Origin: Gammaproteobacteria bacterium
GTDB taxonomy: Bacteria; Pseudomonadota; Gammaproteobacteria; Steroidobacterales; GCA-2729495
Direction of reading: 5' to 3'
Length of the DNA stretch: 64,000 nucleotides
Assembly (NCBI GenBank): GCA_049290495.1
Contig: JBATNV010000318.1
Span: 4,709 to 68,708, forward strand
Made by a program: the position numbers and the translations under genes. Below the pieces are notes generated by a model. It searched no databases and had not been told where the DNA came from. It saw only the letters and a list, made by a program, of their open reading frames with translations. Positions 40,984 to 48,972 of the stretch are shown piece by piece. Every line of letters starts with the position of its first letter. Within the stretch, counting starts at the first letter, position 1.

Positions 40984-43239
40984 TCAGGCTTTCGCTTTCG
41001 TCCGTCGACCAAGTATCTGCAGGATCTTCCAAGGCGTGATCGGCATTTCGTTGACCGGTTCTCCGAGCGCATTGGCCACCGCATTGGCCACCGCCGGCAG
41101 GGTGCAGACGATCGGGCCCTCGCCCACCTCCTTCGCCCCAAACGGACCGAAGGGATCGATGCTCTCCACAATGATGTGCTCGACCTTGGGCATCTCGTAT
41201 GAGCGTGGCAGGCGGTAGTCGAGCCGCGAGGGGTTCATGACCTGCCCGTTTTCCAGCAGGGTTTCCTCATACAACACCTGCGACATGCCACTGAAGATCT
41301 GGCCGTCGATCTGGCCTTCGACGATGCGCGGATTGATCGCCCGGCCCACGTCGTGCGAGGCGACGATTCGATCCACGGTGACAAAACCGGTATCCGGGTC
41401 GATGGTCACCTCGGCGATCTGCGCACCGAATGAATAGGCCATCGTGCCGCTTTCTTTTGGCGAGTTGTAAAAGCCACGGCCCATCACGGCGCGGCCTTCG
41501 CGACTATGCAGGGTGTCGTAGACAATCTTCTTCAGCGGAATCGCTTTCTCCGGCTCGCCCTTCGGATAGACCTGCCGGTCACGGAACACCAGTTGCGAGG
41601 CCTTCACGCCCAGGCGCGCGGCGGCCAGCACTTCGAGCTGCTTGCGCGCATCGAGCGCGGCAGCTTTCACCGCATTACCGGTATTGAAAGTTCCGCGCTG
41701 TATGAAGGCACCCACATCCAGCGGCACGATATCGGTGTCGCCGGAAATCACGGTGATGTCGGTGGTCTGCGCGCCGAGCACTTCGGCCGCAATCATCGCC
41801 ATCGCAGTGTGCGAACTCTGGCCCATGTCCGGCAGACCAACGAACAGCGACATCGTGCCATCGTCGACGATCTTGATGAAGGCCGCCGAGGTGTCGTGCT
41901 TGAACACGCCCTTGGCGCCGGAAGCCATCGCGCCGACGCCGATACCGATGCCTTTCAGCGGTGGCAGCTTGCCGTACTTGCGCTTCCAGCCAGCCTGCTT
42001 CGCGGTCTTCGTGATGCACTCAGCGAGACCACAGCTGCCGAAGAAGGTGCCGGTCATGCTGGTGTGACCCTTGGTCACGCCATTCAGCAGATGGAAATCG
42101 ATCGGATCCATGCCCAGCTCGCGTGCCAGCGCATCCATGTGCTGGCCGAGACCAAAGGCCATCTGTGCCAGACCACCACCATGATGGAAGTAGTAAGGGA
42201 TATTGTTGGTATGCACCAGTCGACCGCTGTAGCGGGACGCTTCGATCTTGTACAACGAGTGCATGTATGAACTGGTCAGCGTCAGCACGATCATCTGCGA
42301 TTCGACGTAGGCGCCGGTATCGAAACTGATATCGACTTCAAAGGCCTTGATCTGCCCGGTCTCTGCTACGCCCGTGCGAAAGGTGTATTTCACTTCGCCG
42401 CCGGCACGACAGGCGATGAACTCCTCGTCAGCCGTGGCGCGCACCTTCACCGGCCTGCCAGTCTTTCGCGACAGCACCGCAGCGACATAGTGATGCGGGC
42501 GCACCGAGGTACGGCCGGTAAAGCCGCCGCCAGTGTTGAGACTCATGATGCGCACCTGGCCATCGCTCAGGCGCAGTGCACCGGCCAGGCTCTTCTGGAA
42601 CAGGATCGCGGTCTGGGTCGGCGTGTACATCGACAGCTTGTCGGGCAGCGACCAGTCGGCGATCGCCACATGGAACTCGGCATAGCAGTTGTGCGAAGCG
42701 TGGGTCGTGTAATGGTCGGTGCGCACATGCGCAGATTTTGCAAAGCCCTGTTCGACATCGCCGAGATCCTGCGCCTGCTGCCAGGCGATATTGCCCTGCG
42801 CCTTCGCGTGGATCAGGAAGGCCTCGGGTTTGAGTGCAGCCTGGATCGTGAACAGCGCCGGCAGCGGTTCATATTCCACCTTGATGAGCGCAGCGGCCTC
42901 GGCGGCTGTCGCTTCATCCAGGGCGGCGACCGCCGCCACTTCGTCACCGATATAGTTGACGATCTCCTGGCGAAACAGCGGCTGCTCGATACCCACATAG
43001 AGTTTCGGCGCGTCGGCGTGGGTGATCACCGCCTTGACGCCCGGCAGTGCCAGGGCCGCGGAGGTATCGATGCTCAGGATCCGCGCCCGGGGGAATGGGC
43101 TGCGCACGATCTTTCCGTGCAGCATCCCCGGCAGCACCACGTCATCGGTAAACAGCGAGCGGCCGGTGAGCTTGTGCGCGCCATCCAGCCGGGGCTGATC
43201 GTGCCCGACGACAGCAAAGTTCGCTTTTTTAGAGGCCAT
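40984..43239 (-). CDS. xanthine-dehydrogenase-family molybdopterin subunit (4-hydroxybenzoyl-CoA reductase alpha-like)
   Basis: 751 aa; ..GHDQPRLDGAHKLTG.., ..GGGFTGR.., ..GMGQS.. typical aldehyde oxidase/XDH large subunit. Confidence 0.9.
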   Translation of the reverse strand: MASKKANFAVVGHDQPRLDGAHKLTGRSLFTDDVVLPGMLHGKIVRSPFPRARILSIDTSAALALPGVKAVITHADAPKLYVGIEQPLFRQEIVNYIGDEVAAVAALDEATAAEAAALIKVEYEPLPALFTIQAALKPEAFLIHAKAQGNIAWQQAQDLGDVEQGFAKSAHVRTDHYTTHASHNCYAEFHVAIADWSLPDKLSMYTPTQTAILFQKSLAGALRLSDGQVRIMSLNTGGGFTGRTSVRPHHYVAAVLSRKTGRPVKVRATADEEFIACRAGGEVKYTFRTGVAETGQIKAFEVDISFDTGAYVESQMIVLTLTSSYMHSLYKIEASRYSGRLVHTNNIPYYFHHGGGLAQMAFGLGQHMDALARELGMDPIDFHLLNGVTKGHTSMTGTFFGSCGLAECITKTAKQAGWKRKYGKLPPLKGIGIGVGAMASGAKGVFKHDTSAAFIKIVDDGTMSLFVGLPDMGQSSHTAMAMIAAEVLGAQTTDITVISGDTDIVPLDVGAFIQRGTFNTGNAVKAAALDARKQLEVLAAARLGVKASQLVFRDRQVYPKGEPEKAIPLKKIVYDTLHSREGRAVMGRGFYNSPKESGTMAYSFGAQIAEVTIDPDTGFVTVDRIVASHDVGRAINPRIVEGQIDGQIFSGMSQVLYEETLLENGQVMNPSRLDYRLPRSYEMPKVEHIIVESIDPFGPFGAKEVGEGPIVCTLPAVANAVANALGEPVNEMPITPWKILQILGRRTKAKA

Positions 43240-43735
43240 GACCGCCCTCCGCTGCCGCATCGGCCGCCATGGCCTTGATGGCCTCACGCACTGCGATCTT
43301 CACCTTGATGTGTCCGGTACAGCGGCAAATCGCACCAGCGAGCGCCTCGTTGATCGCCTCCTCGTCCGGAGCAGGATTCTCGTCAAGCAGTGCCTTCGCC
43401 GTCATGATCAGGCCCGGCGTGCAGGCACCGCACTGCACGGCGCCGTATTCCAGGAACGCCTTCTGCACCGGATGCAACTCATCACCACCGGCGACGCCCT
43501 CGATGGTCGTCACCGGTCGGTTATCCCACTCGATGGCCAGTGCGAGACAGGACAGCACGGCCCGGCCATCGTCGCCCTGCACGGTGCAGACACCGCAGGC
43601 ACCGCTGGTGCAGCCACGCTTGGTGCCAGTCAGTGCAACCCGGTCGCGAATCACATCGAGCAGCGTTTCGTGTGGCGCCACGAAAATGTCGTAACGGTCG
43701 CCATTGACGACGAGGGTGATCAGTTGTCTGCTCAT
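43229..43735 (-). CDS. [2Fe-2S]-binding small subunit of the XDH-family enzyme
   Basis: ..GCTSGACGVCTV.. and ..QCGACTPG..CRCTGH.. Confidence 0.92.
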   Translation of the reverse strand: MSRQLITLVVNGDRYDIFVAPHETLLDVIRDRVALTGTKRGCTSGACGVCTVQGDDGRAVLSCLALAIEWDNRPVTTIEGVAGGDELHPVQKAFLEYGAVQCGACTPGLIMTAKALLDENPAPDEEAINEALAGAICRCTGHIKVKIAVREAIKAMAADAAAEGGHGL

Positions 43736-43740
43736 CGGCT

Positions 43741-44736
43741 TTAGCCCTCAACCGGCAGCTTCTGCCGGCGCAGTTCATTAAGTACACGCCGCACCAGCCC
43801 GCGCACCAGGCGCTTCTTGTAGCCCGGCGGCGTATAGAGGTTGGTGACTTCACCCAGATCGTCGCGGGCCGCATCTGCCGCCGCCTCGATGCTCGCTTCG
43901 GTGAGTCCTTCAGCCAGGATGATCGCCACTGATTTACGCAGCACCAGCGGCACGGTGCCAACCGAACCGGCTACCAGCAGCAGCGACTTCGGCGCCCGGT
44001 TACTGCCGCCGAGCGTACCGGCCAGCGTCGCGTAGCCATAGTCCAGCCCGGTACGCGCCGCTGCCTTGACGAACACAGAACGCAGATCGGCCGGCGGTAC
44101 GAGCACGGCGGTAATCAGCTCACCGGCAGCCAGAGCGTTGTTGTCGATGCCGTCGTCGCGATAGAAATCAGCGAGCGGCAGTTCGCGCTCACCCTGGGTA
44201 CTGCGCAGCAATACGCGAGCACTGAGCGCGATCAGCGCCGGCACCGAGTCAGCGCTGTGTATCGCACGACAGTTCGGCGCGGTCTTGATCACATGGCAGA
44301 CGGCGCCGTCGGTCTTCCAGCAGGGCTGCTGTGAACCGCGCCAGTTTTCACTCTGGTTGGTGTACCAGCAGCGCGTCGGCAGGCACAGGTTGCCGCCGAG
44401 CGTGGCCATATTGCGCACATGCTGCGAACCTACGGCGCGGATCGCCTGTGCGAGGCCCGGATAGCGCGCGACAATCAGCGAATTTGTGGCGAGATCTGTC
44501 AGCCGCTCACCGGCGCCGATGCGCAGCGTGCCGGAACTATCCACGCTCACACCCGCGAGCTCCGGCAGATCGCGCACACTGACGAGGGCAGCCGGCGTTT
44601 CCAGGCGCAGCTTCAGGTTGATGAGCAGATCAGTGCCGCCGCCCAGCACCGCCGCACTCTCACCGGCATTACTCAGTGTAAGCAGCGCCTCATCGAGGCT
44701 GTTTGGCCGGTGATATTCAAATGGTGGTAACTGCAC
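43741..44736 (-). CDS. FAD-binding medium subunit with Cys-rich insertion (HcrB-like)
   Basis: ..AAVLGGGTDLL.. FAD_binding_5. A 40-aa insertion with 5 Cys sits between ..ATLGGNL and SADSVPALIAL. Confidence 0.88.
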   Translation of the reverse strand: MQLPPFEYHRPNSLDEALLTLSNAGESAAVLGGGTDLLINLKLRLETPAALVSVRDLPELAGVSVDSSGTLRIGAGERLTDLATNSLIVARYPGLAQAIRAVGSQHVRNMATLGGNLCLPTRCWYTNQSENWRGSQQPCWKTDGAVCHVIKTAPNCRAIHSADSVPALIALSARVLLRSTQGERELPLADFYRDDGIDNNALAAGELITAVLVPPADLRSVFVKAAARTGLDYGYATLAGTLGGSNRAPKSLLLVAGSVGTVPLVLRKSVAIILAEGLTEASIEAAADAARDDLGEVTNLYTPPGYKKRLVRGLVRRVLNELRRQKLPVEG

Positions 44737-44840
44737 CCGGACACTCCTTCACGCCAATCGTTCGGCCTGCGTTCAGCAAAAGAGTGTACTTGATGCAGCT
44801 ATCGGCGTTAGATTAGCCATAACCACCTGCAGGACGAACC

Positions 44841-45653
44841 ATGATCAAGTCAGCCAGAATTATCGCCACCTTATTGCTCAGCACACTCGTTGCCGGTACG
44901 GCGCTCGCCGATATCGCTGATATCGATCACCGTGTGCAAGCTGCCACCGATATCCTGACCGACCTGCAGCGCATTCCCGAACAGGCGATTCCACCAAATC
45001 TGCTCAATAGCGCCTACGCCGTTGCGGTGATTCCCAACCTCGTCAAGGGCGCGTTCTTTATCAGCGGCAGTTACGGCCGCGGCGTGCTGATGGTCAGGCA
45101 CGAGGACGGCAGCTGGAGCAATCCGGCGCTGATCAAAATGGGCGATATCGGCATCGGCTTTCAGTGGGGGGCACAGGGCGCCGACCTGGTACTGGTTTTC
45201 AAAAACCGCCGCGGTGTGGATAACATCGCGAGCGGCAAGTTCACGCTCGGCGGCAGCAGTTCGGCCTCGGCCGGCCCGGTCGGGCGCACGGCAAGTGCCA
45301 TGACCGACGGCGAGTTCAAGGCAGAAATTTACAGTTACGCCCGCAGTCGCGGCCTGTTCCTCGGTGTCGCGATCGACGGCGGCGCGATCACCATCGACCG
45401 GAAAGACAATGCCGAGTGGTACGGCAGCGAAGCCAACGGTGCCAGCAGCCGGATTTTCAGCGATACCAGCCTGCCCACTCCCGAAGCCGCGAAGCCGCTG
45501 CTGGCCATACTGACGACCATGGCACCACAGCTGAAGTGGCGCGACGCGTCGGATGACGCATCTGCAGCGCCAGCCGCCGAACCTGCAGCGGATCCGGCGA
45601 CTGGCAGCAAGACTTTTCCGGTCGAAGACGCCGCACCTGAAACGAAGTTCTGA
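44841..45653 (+). CDS. SYLF (Ysc84/DUF500) lipid-binding domain protein, secreted
   Basis: Signal peptide; ..AYAVAVIPNLVKGAFFISGSYGRGVL..GIGFQWGAQ..FTLGG.. Confidence 0.8.
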   Translation: MIKSARIIATLLLSTLVAGTALADIADIDHRVQAATDILTDLQRIPEQAIPPNLLNSAYAVAVIPNLVKGAFFISGSYGRGVLMVRHEDGSWSNPALIKMGDIGIGFQWGAQGADLVLVFKNRRGVDNIASGKFTLGGSSSASAGPVGRTASAMTDGEFKAEIYSYARSRGLFLGVAIDGGAITIDRKDNAEWYGSEANGASSRIFSDTSLPTPEAAKPLLAILTTMAPQLKWRDASDDASAAPAAEPAADPATGSKTFPVEDAAPETKF

Positions 45654-45695
45654 TTACGACTTCTGCCCAGGAGCGCCCCTGCGACACAAGGCTTC

Positions 45696-46100
45696 CTAGT
45701 CGCGATCTGCCTTCGCGACGGTGATGGTTGTGCTGTATTTCTTTGCGTCGCTGCGATTGCCAGTGAAGTGGCCGATCATCGTCATGCCCAGGGGCATGTT
45801 GCCGACCGCTGCCATCTTGATCTTGCTGGTTTCGATCAACTGGCATTCGCCCGGCTCCACGATGGTCTCCCCTTCGCTGTGGCTCACCCGGAGCGGCACC
45901 GAGCCAGGCTTGTCCTCAACACAGACCCGGTAGGCCTTGGTCTTCTGGCTGCGGATCACGGTCTGCACGTCATTGTTTTCAAGCTGGAACATACGGTAGT
46001 TTGCAAGCAGTCCGTCGTTGCTGTCTGCCTGGGCCGCCGGTAAACCCGTAAGCAGTCCGGCGCCAATCACGGCAATGAGCTTGATGCTGTTCTTGTGCAT
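45696..46100 (-). CDS. secreted protein, hypothetical
   Basis: 134 aa, signal peptide ..LLTGLPAAQA, two Cys. Confidence 0.6.
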   Translation of the reverse strand: MHKNSIKLIAVIGAGLLTGLPAAQADSNDGLLANYRMFQLENNDVQTVIRSQKTKAYRVCVEDKPGSVPLRVSHSEGETIVEPGECQLIETSKIKMAAVGNMPLGMTMIGHFTGNRSDAKKYSTTITVAKADRD

Positions 46101-46309
46101 GGCTTTAACTCCCTGAGGTTTTCTGAGCGTCTGTCACCGCCGGCCCTCCACCCCGACTTGAGCGCAGAGGTTGCGCCAGCATCACAAGGCTGTGTGTCGC
46201 GACGTGGACAAAACAGCCAAAGAGAGTCGGCGAGAGCCCATGCACAGGATCTTTTTCACGCCGAACGTCAGCGCGCCGACACACGCAGGGAGGCCGCTTG
46301 TCAGAATTA

Positions 46310-46325
46310 TGTCAAGCGGGTGACA
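46310..46325. promoter_or_regulatory. Crp/Fnr-type palindrome TGTCA-N6-TGACA
   Basis: TGTCAAGCGGGTGACA, perfect 5-6-5 inverted repeat, 75-90 nt upstream of the Crp-family gene. An extra TGTCA half-site lies at 46299-46303. Confidence 0.4.
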
Positions 46326-46399
46326 GACCAGGTGACTGGCCCGAACAACACTGCTGTACGGGCGGACGTGGGGATTCACACGACGCGAGGGCAAGGCCA

Positions 46400-47101
46400 A
46401 TGAACACGGCACGGGCAATTTTTCAGAACAACGAACTGCTGCGATATCTGGACAGCAGCGGCCTGGAGCGGGTAGCACAGGTGGCTACACGACGGAGCTA
46501 TTGCGGGAACACAACGATCTACGCACACGGCGATCCGCCCGATGCGATCTACGGCGTTATCGCCGGCCAGGTGCAGATCAGCTCAAGAACCTCGGGCCTC
46601 GATGAAGTCTTTCTGGGCAACTACAGCTCTGGCCGGATTTTTGGCCTGGTTTCTGTCATCGACGGCCTGCCTCGATGCGTAACCGCACGAGCTGCACCCA
46701 AAGCCGAAGTATTTACCATCTGTCGCGACAAGTTCCTGCGCCTGCTGGCGAGCGATTCCCTGCTGGCCCTGAGCCTGCTCAATGTGTTCTGCCGGCATGA
46801 ACGGATCGCCACCCGGATGATCACCGATGAATACGCCCTGAGAAGTGTGCCAGCGCGCCTCGCGCACCGCGTTCTGGAACTGGCCGGGCCGTACAACAGC
46901 GATCAGGGTTCTGCCGACCACGCCGTAGAGATCACCCAGGCCGGCCTCGCCAAGTACGTCTTCGTCTCACGCCAGGTCGTCAACCAGTATCTCGGCGAAT
47001 GGCAAAGCCGGGGCTGGGTATCCACCTCGCGCTGCCGCGTGATCGTGACGAATCGCAAGGCGCTGGCAACCGTCGCGACCAACGGCGGCGGGCATGCATG
47101 A
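46400..47101 (+). CDS. Crp/Fnr-family transcriptional regulator
   Basis: GAGG upstream of the ATG at 46400. cNMP-binding beta-roll (..GDPPDAIYGVIAGQVQIS..GRIFGLVSVIDG..) and C-terminal HTH (..ITQAGLAKYVFVSRQVVNQYLGEW..). Confidence 0.88.
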   Translation: MNTARAIFQNNELLRYLDSSGLERVAQVATRRSYCGNTTIYAHGDPPDAIYGVIAGQVQISSRTSGLDEVFLGNYSSGRIFGLVSVIDGLPRCVTARAAPKAEVFTICRDKFLRLLASDSLLALSLLNVFCRHERIATRMITDEYALRSVPARLAHRVLELAGPYNSDQGSADHAVEITQAGLAKYVFVSRQVVNQYLGEWQSRGWVSTSRCRVIVTNRKALATVATNGGGHA

Positions 47102-47109
47102 GCATGCCC
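47090..47109. terminator. perfect 8-bp hairpin shared by convergent genes
   Basis: GGGCATGC-atga-GCATGCCC. The loop contains the Crp stop codon, and the convergent metzincin gene stops 4 nt beyond the stem. Confidence 0.4.
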
Positions 47110-47112
47110 GAA

Positions 47113-48417
47113 TTACTGATCTCGCATCCAGCAGCTAAAACTTGCGACTCTTGCAGCCGTCTCATTCAGAGTGCGCGCATTATCTGCCCGATCTTGCCTC
47201 CCCATCGGCCGACCACAGACCCGAAGCTCCTTCGCGGTATTTGACCAGTAAAGCAGCCGTGCGTAGGCAGAACTCAGCGCATCACCGTCCATGATGGTTG
47301 TCCATGGCCCACACGGGCCTTCTGGCTCTGATTGCCGGTATGCCACGCTGTAGCCTGAGGTCTGAGGATCATCTGTGTGCCCAGCGCCCATGAGATGACC
47401 AAGTTCGTGTACAAAAGCGTAGGAACTTGTCAGCGACTGTATGGGGACAACGGCAAATGCGATCTCGGCGAAGGGCCTTATGTTTTCCAGGTTGGCACTG
47501 TTGAGCGCTTCCGCATGACCGCCACGTTCGACATTCGACGTGACAAGGATCACCAGGTCCACATCAACTTCTTTCCGCCATCGACGAATGTCTTGCGCCC
47601 ACTTCGCCTCCCCCAGCCTCAATCTGGCGAGATCCTTTTCATTATTCCCGCTTTCCTCATATGAAACCTGGCGGGCAGGGGCCACGCGAATCCGCTGCTG
47701 CACGCCACTCCCGGCAAATGATTGATTAGCAAGACGCTGTGCAACCGTCATCCATGCCGCGATCTGCGCCTCACCTTGCGCCCATTCCTTCGCCTTACCG
47801 GTATATACGGGCAGCACGTCAATCTCGACTGGCTGCGGAACGGCACAGCCGGCTTTCAGCGACATCGGGGTAGCCGAGGCTACAAACTGATTTTCATGCG
47901 TGTCGTCAACAAACTCCGCTCTGCTCACCAGCTCCACTATCGTTTTGCCTGCCAAAATCTGCCGAATGCGATAGACAGGTCCGGCCGAAGTGCTGATCAG
48001 ACCGACAACCCCGGTCGGAGTTGGCGCCAGGGTCACATTGCTGAAGCTGTCACCGTCCACTTTGCCAATCCAGACAGCCTCATCATTCGTTGAGGCTGTC
48101 TGGCGCAAATACAGGGTACGCAGGACTGGCAGGGTTCTGGTCGCGACGCGATCTCGAAGCGGAAGCGGTACCGCAAGTCTGTCCAGACCGCCTGACCGAA
48201 GGACGTCTCCATTCACCTGCAGCAGCCGACACGCATCCGTCTCCGGGGACATAGCGTCGGCAGGACAACTCACATCCAGAGCAGTCCACAGCGTTGGCGG
48301 GCCTGCCCAGCACCGAAGAACAAACAAGGCAAGCGCCGCCGTGGCCAAAACACGCACAATTTCTGACTCAGGGGATGCATTGAACGCAGGACGTTGAGCT
48401 TCTGCTGCACCCGCCAT
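47113..48417 (-). CDS. secreted zinc metalloprotease (metzincin, HExxHxxGxxH)
   Basis: ..YAFVHELGHLMGAGHTDD.. Start uncertain (ORF start 48417 overlaps the upstream gene; GTG 48357 gives signal peptide VRVLATAALALFVL). Confidence 0.8.
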   Translation of the reverse strand: MAGAAEAQRPAFNASPESEIVRVLATAALALFVLRCWAGPPTLWTALDVSCPADAMSPETDACRLLQVNGDVLRSGGLDRLAVPLPLRDRVATRTLPVLRTLYLRQTASTNDEAVWIGKVDGDSFSNVTLAPTPTGVVGLISTSAGPVYRIRQILAGKTIVELVSRAEFVDDTHENQFVASATPMSLKAGCAVPQPVEIDVLPVYTGKAKEWAQGEAQIAAWMTVAQRLANQSFAGSGVQQRIRVAPARQVSYEESGNNEKDLARLRLGEAKWAQDIRRWRKEVDVDLVILVTSNVERGGHAEALNSANLENIRPFAEIAFAVVPIQSLTSSYAFVHELGHLMGAGHTDDPQTSGYSVAYRQSEPEGPCGPWTTIMDGDALSSAYARLLYWSNTAKELRVCGRPMGRQDRADNARTLNETAARVASFSCWMRDQ

Positions 48418-48922
48418 ACATGGTGCAGACCGGTCGTCTTACGCAGGGTGGTTGATAGTCACTGCACAGTGGTGCCGATGCTTTAGCGCCCATAACCGTC
48501 ATCCGGAATGAAGTGGACTGCAAGTCCTTGTCGCTTTGGACGGCGTTGTAGGCTTCTGCAAAAACAGGCGCAATCCTGTCCCGATCCTTACCAAAGAATA
48601 CATAGGTCACCGTACCTGGTGGATTTCCGGGCGCAAGCAATACATCCTGCCCTTGCTTCTGTGCCTTGACCGGTTCGAAATCGCCGCAAAGTACACAACC
48701 GACATCCGCGAGCTGCAGATCTGCACCCTCTGGCACACCCAACAACTCCCGCAGCCGGGTCTGGAAGGCCAGCAGTCGCTGCCAACCCTCTACCCCAGCT
48801 GTCTTTTCACCACCCGCGACCTCAAAGTTGTAAAGGAGCTCGTCGGCATGAACGGCGGACGCACTAACGGCCAACATCAGTGCAAGCAGAACGGCGGAAC
48901 GCGACTTCAATATCAATGACAT
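48368..48922 (-). CDS. secreted Cys-rich protein, hypothetical
   Basis: GAGGG 8 nt upstream of the ATG at 48922. Signal peptide MSLILKSRSAVLLALMLAVSASAVHA. C-terminal ..LCSDYQPPCVRRPVCTMYGGCSRSSTSCVQC. Confidence 0.7.
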   Translation of the reverse strand: MSLILKSRSAVLLALMLAVSASAVHADELLYNFEVAGGEKTAGVEGWQRLLAFQTRLRELLGVPEGADLQLADVGCVLCGDFEPVKAQKQGQDVLLAPGNPPGTVTYVFFGKDRDRIAPVFAEAYNAVQSDKDLQSTSFRMTVMGAKASAPLCSDYQPPCVRRPVCTMYGGCSRSSTSCVQCIP

Positions 48923-48972
48923 CACCATACCCTCACGTTTGTGAACCACATGCTGGACGATCAATCAGACGG

